A DNA stretch of 64,000 nt from Eledone cirrhosa (taxonomy: Eukaryota), in assembly GCA_964016885.1 (NCBI GenBank), contig OZ024741.1:249488001-249552000 (forward strand), written 5' to 3'. This document shows positions 12,101-25,966 of this stretch, piece by piece. Below the pieces are notes generated by a model that made no database searches, was not told where the DNA came from, and saw only the letters and a program-made list of their open reading frames with translations. Each line of letters begins with the position of its first letter. Positions within the stretch are counted from its first letter, which is position 1. The translations under genes and the position numbers were made by a program.

Positions 12101-13384
12101 TAAAAAAATCAGGGGGAGATAATTTGTAAAAAAAATCAGGGGTAGATAATTTCCAGCCGTCCAAGGGGAGATAATTTCCATCCTTCCAAGGGGAGATAAT
12201 TTCCAGCCGTCCAAGGGGAGATAATTTCCCGCCAGCCAAGGAGAGATAATATTTAAAAAAATCAGGCGGAGATAATTTGTAAAAAAAATCAGGGGGAGAT
12301 AATTTGTAAAAAAATCAGGGGGAGATAATTTGTAAAAAAAAATCAGGGGAGATAATTTGTAAAAAAAATCAGGGGGAGATAATTTGTAAAAAAAAATCAG
12401 GGGTAGATAATTTGTAAAAAAAAATCAGGGGGAGATAATTTGTAAAAAAAAAATCAGGGGGAGATAATTTGTAAAAAAATCAAGGGGAGATAATTTCCAG
12501 CCGTCCAAAGGGAGATAATTTTCAGCCGTCCAAGGAGGTAATTTCTAGCCGTCCAAGGGGAGATAATTTCCAGCCGTCCAAGGGGAGATAATTTTTTTAA
12601 AAAAATCAGGCGGACATAATTTGTAAACAAAAATCAGGGGGAGATAATTTGTAAAAAAAAATCAGGGGGAGATAATTTGTAAAAAAAAATCAGGGGGAGA
12701 TAATTTGTAAAAAAAATCAAGGGGAGATAATTTCCAGCCGTCCAAGGGGAGGTAATATCTAGCCATCCAAGGGGAGATAATTTCCAGTCGTCCAAGGGGA
12801 GATAATTTCCAGCCGTCCAAGGGGAGATAATATCCAGCCGTCCAAGGAGACATATTTTCCAGCCGTCCAAGGAGAGGTAATTTCTAGCCGTCCAAGGGGA
12901 GATAAGTTCCAGCCTCCAAGGGGAGATAATTTCCAGCCAGCCAAGGGGAGATAATTTGTAAAAAAATCAGGGGGAGATAATTTGTAAAATAAAAATCAGG
13001 GGGAGATAATTTGTAAAAAAATCAGGGGGAGATAATTTGTAAAAAAAAAATCAGGGGGAGATAATTTGTAAAAAAAATCAGGGGGAGATAATTTGTAAAA
13101 AAAATCAGGGGTAGATAATTTTTAAAAAAAATCAGGGGGAGATAATTTGTAAAAAAAATCAGGGGGAGATAATTTGTAAAAAAAATCAGGGGTAGATAAT
13201 TTTCAGCCCTCCAAGGGGAGATAATTTCCATCCTTCCAAGGGGAGATAATTTCCAGCCGTCCAAGGGGAGATAATTTCCCGCCAGCCAAGGAGAGATAAC
13301 ATTTAAAAAAATCAGGCGGAGATAATTTGTAAAAAAAATCAGGGGGAGATAATTTGTAAAAAAATCAGGGGGAGATAATTTGTA

Positions 13385-16300
13385 AAAAAAATCAGGGGTA
13401 GATAATTTCCAGCCGTCCAAGGGGAGATAATTTCCATCCTTCCAAGGGGAGATAATTTCCAGCCGTCCAAGGGGAGATAATTTCCCGCCAGCCAAGGAGA
13501 GATAATATTTAAAAAAATCAGGCGGAGATAATTTGTAAAAAAAATCAGGGGGAGATAATTTGTAAAAAAATCAGGGGGAGATAATTTGTAAAAAAAAATC
13601 AGGGGGAGATAATTTGTGAAAAAAATCAGGGGGAGATAATTTGTAAAAAAAAATCAGGGGTAGATAATTTGTAAAAAAAAATCAGGGGGAGATAATTTGT
13701 AAAAAAAAATCAGGGGGAGATAATTTGTAAAAAAATCAAGGGGAGATAATTTCCAGCCGTCCAAGGGGAGATAATTTTCAGCCGTCCAAGGAGAGGTAAT
13801 TTCTAGCCGTCCAAGGGGAGATAATTTCCAGCCGTCCAAGGGGAGATAATTTTTTTAAAAAAATCAGGCGGAGATAATTTGTAAACAAAAATCAGGGGGA
13901 GATAATTTGTAAAAAAAAATCAGGGGGAGATAATTTGTAAAAAAAAATCAGGGGGAGATAATTTGTAAAAAAAATCAAGGGGAGATAATTTCCAGCCGTC
14001 CAAGGGGAGGTAATATCTAGCCATCCAAGGGGAGATAATTTCCAGCCGTCCAAGGGGAGATAATTTCCAGCCGTCCAAGGGGAGATAATATCCAGCCGTC
14101 CAAGGAGACATATTTTCCAGCCGTCCAAGGAGAGGTAATTTCTAGCCGTCCAAGGGGAGATAAGTTCCAGCCTCCAAGGGGAGATAATTTCCAGCCAGCC
14201 AAGGGGAGATAATTTGTAAAAAAATCAGGGGGAGATAATTTGTAAAAAAAAAATCAGGGGGAGATAATTTGTAAAAAAATCAGGGGGAGATAATTTGTAA
14301 AAAAAATCAGGGGGAGATAATTTGTAAAAAAAATCAGGGGGAGATAATTTGTAAAAAAAATCAGGGGTAGATAATTTGTAAAAAAAATCAGGGGGAGATA
14401 ATTTGTAAAAAAAATCAGGGGGAGATAATTTGTAAAAAAAATCAGGGGTAGATAATTTTCAGCCGTCCAAGGGGAGATAATTTCCATCCTTCCAAGGGGA
14501 GATAATTTCCAGCCGTCCAAGGGGAGATAATTTCCCGCCAGCCAAGGAGAGATAACATTTAAAAAAATCAGGCGGAGATAATTTGTAAAAAAAATCAGGG
14601 GGAGATAATTTGTAAAAAAATCAGGGGGAGATAATTTGTAAAAAAAATCAGGGGTAGATAATTTCCAGCCGTCCAAGGGGAGATAATTTCCATCCTTCCA
14701 AGGGGAGATAATTTCCAGCCGTCCAAGGGGAGATAATTTCCCGCCAGCCAAGGAGAGATAATATTTAAAAAAATCAGGCGGAGATAATTTGTAAAAAAAA
14801 TCAGGGGGAGATAATTTGTAAAAAAATCAGGGGGAGATAATTTGTAAAAAAAAATCAGGGGGAGATAATTTGTAAAAAAAATCAGGGGGAGATAATTTGT
14901 AAAAAAAAATCAGGGGTAGATAATTTGTAAAAAAAAATCAGGGGGAGATAATTTGTAAAAAAAAAATCAGGGAGATAATTTGTAAAAAAATCAAGGGGAG
15001 ATAATTTCCAGCCGTCCAAGGGGAGATAATTTTCAGCCGTCCAAGGAGAGGTAATTTCTAGCCGTCCAAGGGGAGATAATTTCCAGCCGTCCAAGGGGAG
15101 ATAATTTTTAAAAAAAATCAGGCGGAGATAATTTGTAAACAAAAATCAGGGGGAGATAATTTGTAAAAAAAAATCAGGGGGAGATAATTTGTAAAAAAAA
15201 ATCAGGGGGAGATAATTTGTAAAAAAAATCAAGGGGAGATAATTTCCAGCCGTCAAGGGGAGGTAATATCTAGCCATCCAAGGGGAGATAATTTCCAGCC
15301 GTCCAAGGGGAGATAATTTCCAGCCGTCCAAGGGGAGATAATATCCAGCCGTCCAAGGAGACATATTTTCCAGCCGTCCAAGGAGACGTAATTTCTAGCC
15401 GTCCAAGGGGAGATAAGTTCCAGCCTCCAAGGGGAGATAATTTCCAGCCAGCCAAGGGGAGATAATTTGTAAAAAAATTAGGGGGAGATAATTTGTAAAA
15501 AAAAATTAGGGGGAGATAATTTGTAAAAAAAAATCAGGGGGAGATAATTTGTAAAAAAAAATCAGGGGGAGATAATTTGTAAAAAAAATCAAGGGGAGAT
15601 AATTTCCAGCCGTCCAAGGGGAGATAATTTTCAGCCGTCCAAGGAGAGGTAAATTCTAGCCGTCCAAGGAGATATAATTTCCAGCCGTCCAAGGGGAGAT
15701 AATTTCCAGCCGTCCAAGGGGAGATAATTTTTAAAAAAAAATCAGGCGGAGATAATTTGTAAACAAAAATCAGGGGGAGATAATTTTTAAAAAAAAATCA
15801 GGGGGAGATAATTTGTAAAAAAAAATCAGGGGGAGATAATTTGTAAAAAAAATCAAGGGGAGATAATTTCCAGCCGTCCAAGGGGAGGTAATATCTAGCC
15901 ATCCAAGGGGAGATAATTTCCAGCCGTCCAAGGGGAGATAATTTCCAGCCGTCCAAGGGGAGATAATATCCAGCCGTCCAAGGAGACATATTTTCCAGCC
16001 GTCCAAGGAGAGGTAATTTCTAGCCGTCCAAGGGGAGATAAGTTCCAGCCTCCAAGGGGAGATAATTTCCAGCCAGCCAAGGGGAGATAATTTGTAAAAA
16101 AATCAGGGGGAGATAATTTGTAAAAAAAAAATCAGGGGGAGATAATTTGTAAAAAAATCAGGGGGAGATAATTTGTAAAAAAAATCAGGGGGAGATAATT
16201 TGTAGAAAAAATCAGGGGTAGATAATTTGTAAAAAAAATCAGGGGTAGATAATTTCCAGCCGTCCAAGGGGAGATAATTTCCATCCTTCCAAGGGGAGAT

Positions 16301-19300
16301 AATTTCCAGCCGTCCAAGGGGAGATAATTTCCCGCCAGCCAAGGAGAGATAATATTTAAAAAAATCAGGCGGAGATAATTTGTAAAAAAAATCAGGGGGA
16401 GATAATTTGTAAAAAAATCAGGGGGAGATAATTTGTAAAAAAAAATCAGGGGAAGATAATTTGTAAAAAAAAATCAGGGGGAGATAATTTGTAAAAAAAA
16501 ATCAGGGGTAGATAATTTGTAAAAAAAAATCAGGGTGAGATAATTTGTAAAAAAAATCAGGGGGAGATAATTTGTAAAAAAAATCAGGGGTAGATAATTT
16601 GTAAAAAAAATCAGGGGGAGATAATTTGTAAAAAAAATCAGGGGGAGATAATTTGTAAAAAAATCAGGGGTAGATAATTTTCAGCCGTCCAAGGGGAGAT
16701 AATTTCCATCCTTCCAAGGGGAGATAATTTCCAGCCGTCCAAGGGGAGATAATTTCCCGCCAGCCAAGGAGAGATAACATTTAAAAAAATCAGGCGGAGA
16801 TAATTTGTAAAAAAATCAGGGGGAGATAATTTGTAAAAAAAATCAGGGGTAGATAATTTCCAGCCGTCCAAGGGGAGATAATTTCCATCCTTCCAAGGGG
16901 AGATAATTTCCAGCCGTCCAAGGGGAGATAATTTCCCGCCAGCCAAGGAGAGATAATATTTAAAAAAATCAGGCGGAGATAATTTGTAAAAAAAATCAGG
17001 GGGAGATAATTTGTAAAAAAATCAGGGGGAGATAATTTGTAAAAAAAAATCAGGGGGAGATAATTTGTAAAAAAAAATCAGGGGGAGATAATTTGTAAAA
17101 AAAAATCAGGGGTAGATAATTTGTAAAAAAAAATCAGGGTGAGATAATTTGTAAAAGAAAAATCAGGGGGAGATAATTTGTAAAAAAATCAAGGGGAGAT
17201 AATTTCCAGCCGTCCAAGGGGAGATAATTTTCAGCCGTCCAAGGAGAGGTAATTTCTAGCCGTCCAAGGGGAGATAATTTCCAGCCGTCCAAGGGGAGAT
17301 AATTTTTTTAAAAAAATCAGGCGGAGATAATTTGTAAACAAAAATCAGGGGGAGATAATTTGTAAAAAAAAATCAGGGGGAGATAATTTGTAAAAAAAAT
17401 CAGGGGTAGATAATTTCCAGCCGTCCAAGGGGAGATAATTTCCATCCTTCCAAGGGGAGATAATTTCCAGCCGTCCAAGGGGAGATAATTTCCCGCCAGC
17501 CAAGGAGAGATAATATTTAAAAAAATCAGGCGGAGATAATTTGTAAAAAAAATCAGGGGGAGATAATTTGTAAAAAAATCAGGGGGAGATAATTTGTAAA
17601 AAAAAATCAGGGGGAGATAATTTGTGAAAAAAATCAGGGGGAGATAATTTGTAAAAAAAAATCAGGGGTAGATAATTTGTAAAAAAAAATCAGGGGGAGA
17701 TAATTTGTAAAAAAAAATCAGGGGGAGATAATTTGTAAAAAAATCAAGGGGAGATAATTTCCAGCCGTCCAAGGGGAGATAATTTTCAGCCGTCCAAGGA
17801 GAGGTAATTTCTAGCCGTCCAAGGGGAGATAATTTCCAGCCGTCCAAGGGGAGATAATTTTTTTAAAAAAATCAGGCGGAGATAATTTGTAAACAAAAAT
17901 CAGGGGGAGATAATTTGTAAAAAAAAATCAGGGGGAGATAATTTGTAAAAAAAAATCAGGGGGAGATAATTTGTAAAAAAAATCAAGGGGAGATAATTTC
18001 CAGCCGTCCAAGGGGAGGTAATATCTAGCCATCCAAGGGGAGATAATTTCCAGCCGTCCAAGGGGAGATAATTTCCAGCCGTCCAAGGGGAGATAATATC
18101 CAGCCGTCCAAGGAGACATATTTTCCAGCCGTCCAAGGAGAGGTAATTTCTAGCCGTCCAAGGGGAGATAAGTTCCAGCCTCCAAGGGGAGATAATTTCC
18201 AGCCAGCCAAGGGGAGATAATTTGTAAAAAAATCAGGGGGAGATAATTTGTAAAAAAAAAATCAGGGGGAGATAATTTGTAAAAAAATCAGGGGGAGATA
18301 ATTTGTAAAAAAAATCAGGGGGAGATAATTTGTAAAAAAAATCAGGGGGAGATAATTTGTAAAAAAAATCAGGGGTAGATAATTTGTAAAAAAAATCAGG
18401 GGGAGATAATTTGTAAAAAAAATCAGGGGGAGATAATTTGTAAAAAAAATCAGGGGTAGATAATTTTCAGCCGTCCAAGGGGAGATAATTTCCATCCTTC
18501 CAAGGGGAGATAATTTCCAGCCGTCCAAGGGGAGATAATTTCCCGCCAGCCAAGGAGAGATAACATTTAAAAAAATCAGGCGGAGATAATTTGTAAAAAA
18601 AATCAGGGGGAGATAATTTGTAAAAAAATCAGGGGGAGATAATTTGTAAAAAAAATCAGGGGTAGATAATTTCCAGCCGTCCAAGGGGAGATAATTTCCA
18701 TCCTTCCAAGGGGAGATAATTTCCAGCCGTCCAAGGGGAGATAATTTCCCGCCAGCCAAGGAGAGATAATATTTAAAAAAATCAGGCGGAGATAATTTGT
18801 AAAAAAAATCAGGGGGAGATAATTTGTAAAAAAATCAGGGGGAGATAATTTGTAAAAAAAAATCAGGGGGAGATAATTTGTAAAAAAAATCAGGGGGAGA
18901 TAATTTGTAAAAAAAAATTAGGGGTAGATAATTTGTAAAAAAAAATCAGGGGGAGATAATTTGTAAAAAAAAAATCAGAGGGAGATAATTTGTAAAAAAA
19001 TCAAGGGGAGATAATTTCCAGCCGTCCAAGGGGAGATAATTTTCAGCCGTCCAAGGAGAGGTAATTTCTAGCCGTCCAAGGGGAGATAATTTCCAGCCGT
19101 CCAAGGGGAGATAATTTTTAAAAAAAATCAGGCGGAGATAATTTGTAAACAAAAATCAGGGGGAGATAATTTGTAAAAAAAAATCAGGGGGAGATAATTT
19201 GTAAAAAAAAATCAGGGGGAGATAATTTGTAAAAAAAATCAAGGGGAGATAATTTCCAGCCGTCAAGGGGAGGTAATATCTAGCCATCCAAGGGGAGATA

Positions 19301-21402
19301 ATTTCCAGCCGTCCAAGGGGAGATAATTTCCAGCCGTCCAAGGGGAGATAATATCCAGCCGTCCAAGGAGACATATTTTCCAGCCGTCCAAGGAGACGTA
19401 ATTTCTAGCCGTCCAAGGGGAGATAAGTTCCAGCCTCCAAGGGGAGATAATTTCCAGCCAGCCAAGGGGAGATAATTTGTAAAAAAATTAGGGGGAGATA
19501 ATTTGTAAAAAAAAATTAGGGGGAGATAATTTGTAAAAAAAAATCAGGGGGAGATAATTTGTAAAAAAAAATCAGGGGGAGATAATTTGTAAAAAAAATC
19601 AAGGGGAGATAATTTCCAGCCGTCCAAGGGGAGATAATTTTCAGCCGTCCAAGGAGAGGTAAATTCTAGCCGTCCAAGGAGATATAATTTCCAGCCGTCC
19701 AAGGGGAGATAATTTCCAGCCGTCCAAGGGGAGATAATTTTTAAAAAAAAATCAGGCGGAGATAATTTGTAAACAAAAATCAGGGGGAGATAATTTTTAA
19801 AAAAAAATCAGGGGGAGATAATTTGTAAAAAAAAATCAGGGGGAGATAATTTGTAAAAAAAATCAAGGGGAGATAATTTCCAGCCGTCCAAGGGGAGGTA
19901 ATATCTAGCCATCCAAGGGGAGATAATTTCCAGCCGTCCAAGGGGAGATAATTTCCAGCCGTCCAAGGGGAGATAATATCCAGCCGTCCAAGGAGACATA
20001 TTTTCCAGCCGTCCAAGGAGAGGTAATTTCTAGCCGTCCAAGGGGAGATAAGTTCCAGCCTCCAAGGGGAGATAATTTCCAGCCAGCCAAGGGGAGATAA
20101 TTTGTAAAAAAATCAGGGGGAGATAATTTGTAAAAAAAAAATCAGGGGGAGATAATTTGTAAAAAAATCAGGGGGAGATAATTTGTAAAAAAAATCAGGG
20201 GGAGATAATTTGTAGAAAAAATCAGGGGTAGATAATTTGTAAAAAAAATCAGGGGTAGATAATTTCCAGCCGTCCAAGGGGAGATAATTTCCATCCTTCC
20301 AAGGGGAGATAATTTCCAGCCGTCCAAGGGGAGATAATTTCCCGCCAGCCAAGGAGAGATAATATTTAAAAAAATCAGGCGGAGATAATTTGTAAAAAAA
20401 ATCAGGGGGAGATAATTTGTAAAAAAATCAGGGGGAGATAATTTGTAAAAAAAAATCAGGGGAAGATAATTTGTAAAAAAAAATCAGGGGGAGATAATTT
20501 GTAAAAAAAAATCAGGGGTAGATAATTTGTAAAAAAAAATCAGGGTGAGATAATTTGTAAAAAAAATCAGGGGGAGATAATTTGTAAAAAAAATCAGGGG
20601 TAGATAATTTGTAAAAAAAATCAGGGGGAGATAATTTGTAAAAAAAATCAGGGGGAGATAATTTGTAAAAAAAATCAGGGGTAGATAATTTTCAGCCGTC
20701 CAAGGGGAGATAATTTCCATCCTTCCAAGGGGAGATAATTTCCAGCCGTCCAAGGGGAGATAATTTCCCGCCAGCCAAGGAGAGATAACATTTAAAAAAA
20801 TCAGGCGGAGATAATTTGTAAAAAAATCAGGGGGAGATAATTTGTAAAAAAAATCAGGGGTAGATAATTTCCAGCCGTCCAAGGGGAGATAATTTCCATC
20901 CTTCCAAGGGGAGATAATTTCCAGCCGTCCAAGGGGAGATAATTTCCCGCCAGCCAAGGAGAGATAATATTTAAAAAAATCAGGCGGAGATAATTTGTAA
21001 AAAAAATCAGGGGGAGATAATTTGTAAAAAAATCAGGGGGAGATAATTTGTAAAAAAAAATCAGGGGGAGATAATTTGTAAAAAAAAATCAGGGGGAGAT
21101 AATTTGTAAAAAAAAATCAGGGGTAGATAATTTGTAAAAAAAAATCAGGGTGAGATAATTTGTAAAAGAAAAATCAGGGGGAGATAATTTGTAAAAAAAT
21201 CAAGGGGAGATAATTTCCAGCCGTCCAAGGGGAGATAATTTTCAGCCGTCCAAGGAGAGGTAATTTCTAGCCGTCCAAGGGGAGATAATTTCCAGCCGTC
21301 CAAGGGGAGATAATTTTTTTAAAAAAATCAGGCGGAGATAATTTGTAAACAAAAATCAGGGGGAGATAATTTGTAAAAAAAAATCAGGGGGAGATAATTT
21401 GT
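13385..21402 (+). repeat. ~4.01-kb tandem duplication (copies ~13385-17392 and ~17393-21402)
   Basis: ORF offsets of 4008-4010 (13654/17662, 15146/19156, 16103/20113). Rare markers GTGAAAA, CGTCAAGG, GGAAGAT, GGGTGAG and AAAAGAAAA each occur in both copies. Only one copy is present in the homologous 49.1-53.1 kb region. Confidence 0.88.
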
Positions 21403-24400
21403 AAAAAAAAATCAGGGGGAGATAATTTGTAAAAAAAATCAAGGGGAGATAATTTGTCAAAAAAAATCAGGGGTAGATAATTTGTAAAAAAAAATCAGGG
21501 GGAGATAATTTGTAAAAAAAAAATCAGGGGGAGATAATTTGTAAAAAAATCAAGGGGAGATAATTTTCAGCCGTCCAAGGAGAGGTAATTTCTAGCCGTC
21601 CAAGGGGAGATAATTTCCAGCCAGCCAAGGGGAGATAATTTGTAAAAAAATCAGGGGTAGATAATTTGTAAAAAAAATTCAGGGGGAGATAATTTGTAAA
21701 AAAAATCAGGGGGAGATAATTTGTAAAAAAAATCAGGGGTAGATAAATTCCAGCCGTCCAAGGGGAGATAATTTCCATCCTTCCAAGGGGAGATAATTTC
21801 CAGCCGTCCAAGGGGAGATAATTTCCCGCCAGCCAAGGAGAGAAAACATTTAAAAAAATCAGGCGGAGATAATTTGTAAAAAAAATCAGGGGGAGATAAT
21901 TTGTAAAAAAATCAGGGGGAGATAATTTGTAAAAAAAATCAGGGGTAGATAATTTCCAGCCGTCCAAGGGGAGATAATTTCCATCCTTCCAAGGGGAGAT
22001 AATTTCCAGCCGTCCAAGGGGAGATAATTTCCCGCCAGCCAAGGAGAGATAATATTTAAAAAAATCAGGCGGAGATAATTTGTAAAAAAAATCAGGGGGA
22101 GATAATTTGTAAAAAAATCAGGGGGAGATAATTTGTAAAAAAAAATCAGGGGGAGATAATTTGTAAAAAAAATCAGGGGGAGATAATTTGTAAAAAAAAT
22201 CAGGGGTAGATAATTTGTAAAAAAAAATCAGGGGGAGATAATTTGTAAAAAAAAAATCAGGGGGAGATAATTTGTAAAAAAATCAAGGTGAGATAATTTC
22301 CAGCCGTCCAAGGGGAGATAATTTTCAGCCGTCCAAGGAGAGGTAATTGCTAGCCGTCCAAGGGGAGATAATTTCCAGCCGTCCAAGGGGAGATAATTTT
22401 TTTAAAAAAATCAGGCGGAGATAATTTGTAAACAAAAATCAGGGGGAGATAATTTGTAAAAAAAAATCAGGGGGAGATAATTTGTAAAAAAAAATCAGGG
22501 GGAGATAATTTCCAGCCGTCCAAGGGGAGATAATTTCCAGCCGTCCAAGGGGAGATAATATCCAGCCGTCCAAGGAGACATATTTTCCAGCCGTCCAAGG
22601 ATAGGTAATTTCTAGCCGTCCAAGGGGAGATAAGTTCCAGCCTCCAAGGGGAGATAATTTCCAGCCAGCCAAGGGGAGATAATTTGTAAAAAAATCAGGG
22701 GGAGATAATTTGTAAAAAAAAATCAGGGGGAGATAATTTGTAAAAAAATCAGGGGGAGATAATTTGTAAAAAAAAATCAGGGGGAGATAATTTGTAAAAA
22801 AAATCAGGGGGAGATAATTTGTAAAAAAATCAGGGGTAGATAATTTGTAAAAAAAATCAGGGGGAGATAATTTGTAAAAAAAATCAGGGGGAGATAATTT
22901 GTAAAAAAAATCAGGGGTAGATAATTTTCAGCCGTCCAAGGGGAGATAATTTCCATCCTTCCAAGGGGAGATAATTTCCAGCCGTCCAAGGGGAGATAAT
23001 TTCCCGCCAGCCAAGGAGAGATAACATTTAAAAAAATCAGGCGGAGATAATTTGTAAAAAAATCAGGGGGAGATAATTTATAAAAAAAAATCAGGGGGAG
23101 ATAATTTGTAAAAAAAATCAGGGGGAGATAATTTGTAAAAAAAAATCAGGGGTAGATAATTTGTAAAAAAAAATCAGGGGGAGATAATTTGTAAAAAAAA
23201 ATCAGGGGGAGATAATTTGTAAAAAAATCAAGGGGAGATAATTTCCAGCCGTCCAAGGGGAGATAATTTTCAGCCGTCCAAGGAGAGGTAATTTCTAGCC
23301 GTCCAAGGGGAGATAATTTCCAGCCGTCCAAGGGGAGATAATTTTTTTAAAAAAATCAGGCGGAGATAATTTGTAAACAAAAATCAGGGGGAGATAATTT
23401 GTAAAAAAAAATCAGGGGGAGATAATTTGTAAAAAAAAATCAGGGGGAGATGATTTGTAAAAAAAATCAAGGGGAGATAATTTCCAGCCGTCCAAGGGGA
23501 GGTAATATCTAGCCATCCAAGGGGAGATAATTTCAAGCCGTCCAAGGGGAGATAATTTCCAGCCGTCCAAGGGGAGATAATATCCAGCCGTCCAAGGAGA
23601 CATATTTTCCAGCCGTCCAAGGTACGTAATTTCTAGCCGTCCAAGGGGAGATAAGTTCCAGCCTCCAAGGGGAGATAATTTCCAGCCAGCCAAGGGGAGA
23701 TAATTTGTAAAAAAATCAGGGGAGATAATTTGTAAAAAAAATCAGGGGGAGATAATTTGTAAAAAAAAATCAGGGGTAGATAATTTGTAAAAAAAATCAG
23801 GGGGAGATAATTTGTAAAAAAAAAATCAGGGGGAGATAATTTGTAAAAAAATCAAGGGGAGATAATTTCCAACCGTCCAAGGGGAGATAATTTTCAGCCG
23901 TCCAAGGAGGTAATTTCTAGCCGTCCAAGGGGAGATAATTTCCAGCCGTCCAACAGGAGATAATTTTTTTAAAAAAATCAGGCGGAGATAATTTGTAAAC
24001 AAAAATCAGGGGGAGATAATTTGTAAAAAAAAATCAGGGGGAGATAATTTGTAAAAAAAATCAGGGGGAGATAATTTGTAAAAAAAATCAAGGGGAGATA
24101 ATTTCCAGCCGTCCAAGGGGAGGTAATATCTAGCCATCCAAAGGGAGATAATTTCCAGCCGTCCAAGGGGAGATAATTTCCAGCCGTCCAAGGGGAGATA
24201 ATATCCAGCCGTCCAAGGAGACATATTTTCCAGCCGTCCAAGGAGAGGTAATTTCTAGCCGTCCAAGGGGAGATGAGTTCCAGCTTCCAAGGGGAGATAA
24301 TTTCCAGCCAGCCAAGGGGAGATAATTTGTAAAAAAATCAGGGGGAGATAATTTGTAAAAAAAAAATCAGGGGGAGATAATTTGTAAAAAAATTAGGGGG

Positions 24401-25966
24401 AGATAATTTGTAAAAAAAAAATCAGGGGGAGATAATTTGTAAAAAAAATCAGGGGGAGATAATTTGTAGAAAAAATCAGGGGTAGATAATTTGTAAAAAA
24501 AATCAGGGGGAGATAATTTGTAAAAAAAATCAGGGGGAGATAATTTGTAAAAAAAATCAGGGGTAGATAATTTTCAGCCGTCCAAGGGGAGATAATTTCC
24601 ATCCTTCCAAGGGGAGATAATTTCCAGCCGTCCAAGGGGAGATAATTTCCCGCCAGCCAAGGAGAGATAACATTTAAAAAAATCAGGCGGAGATAATTTG
24701 TAAAAAAAATCAGGGGGAGATAATTTGTAAAAAAATCAGGGGGAGATAATTTGTAAAAAAAATCAGGGGTAGATAATTTCCAGCCGTCCAAGGGGAGATA
24801 ATTTCCATCCTTCCAAGGGGAGATAATTTCCAGCCGTCCAAGGGGAGATAATTTCCCGCCAGCCAAGGAGAGATAATATTTAAAAAAATCAGGCGGAGAT
24901 AATTTGTAAAAAAAATCAGGGGGAGATAATTTGTAAAAAAATCAGGGGGAGATAATTTGTAAAAAAAATCAGGGGTAGATAATTTCCAGCCGTCCAAGGG
25001 GAGATAATTTCCATCCTTCCAAGGGGAGATAATTTCCAGCCGTCCGAGGGGAGATAATTTCCCGCCAGCCAAGGAGAGATAATATTTAAAAAAATCAGGC
25101 GGAGATAATTTGTAAAAAAAATCAGGGGGAGATAATTTGTAAAAAAAAATCAGGGGAGATAATTTGTAAAAAAAATCAGGGGGAGATAATTTGTAAAAAA
25201 AAATCAGGGGTAGATAATTTGTAAAAAAAAATCAGGGGGAGATAATTTGTAAAAAAAAAATCAGGGGGAGATAATTTGTAAAAAAATCAAGGGGAGATAA
25301 TTTCCAGCCGTCCAAGGGGAGATAATTTTCAGCCGTCCAAGGAGGTAATTTCTAGCCGTCCAAGGGGAGATAATTTCCAGCCGTCCAAGGGGAGATAATT
25401 TTTTTTAAAAAATCAGGCGGAGATAATTTGTAAACAAAAATCAGGGGGAGATAATTTGTAAAAAAAAATCAGGGGGAGATAATTTGTAAAAAAAATCAGG
25501 GGTAGATAATTTGTAAAAAAAATCAAGGGGAGATAATTTCCAGCCGTCCAAGGGGAGGTAATATCTAGCCATCCAAGGGGAGATAATTTCCAGCCGTCCA
25601 AGGGGAGATAATTTCCAGCCGTCCAAGGGGAGATAATATCCAGCCGTCCAAGGAGACATATTTTCCAGCCGTCCAAGGAGAGGTAATTTCTAGCCGTCCA
25701 AGGGGAGATAAGTTCCAGCCTCCAAGGGGAGATAATTTCCAGCCAGCCAAGGGGAGATAATTTGTAAAAAAATCAGGGGGAGATAATTTGTAAAAAAAAA
25801 TCAGGGGGAGATAATTTGTAAAAAAATCAGGGGGAGATAATTTGTAAAAAAAAAATCAGGGGGAGATAATTTGTAAAAAAAATCAGGGGGAGATAATTTG
25901 TAGAAAAAATCAGGGGTAGATAATTTGTAAAAAAAATCAGGGGGAGATAATTTGTAAAAAAAATCA

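Larger units (their letters stand above)
1..25966 (+). repeat. Super-repeat unit 1 (25,966 bp = ~22-kb ground unit + 4.0-kb duplication; phase arbitrary)
   Basis: Unique marker GAGACAATTT (C at 421, 26387, 58115); TGTTAAA (~774, 26741, 58473); TTCCTGCC (~1003, 26970, 58702). Confidence 0.85.
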
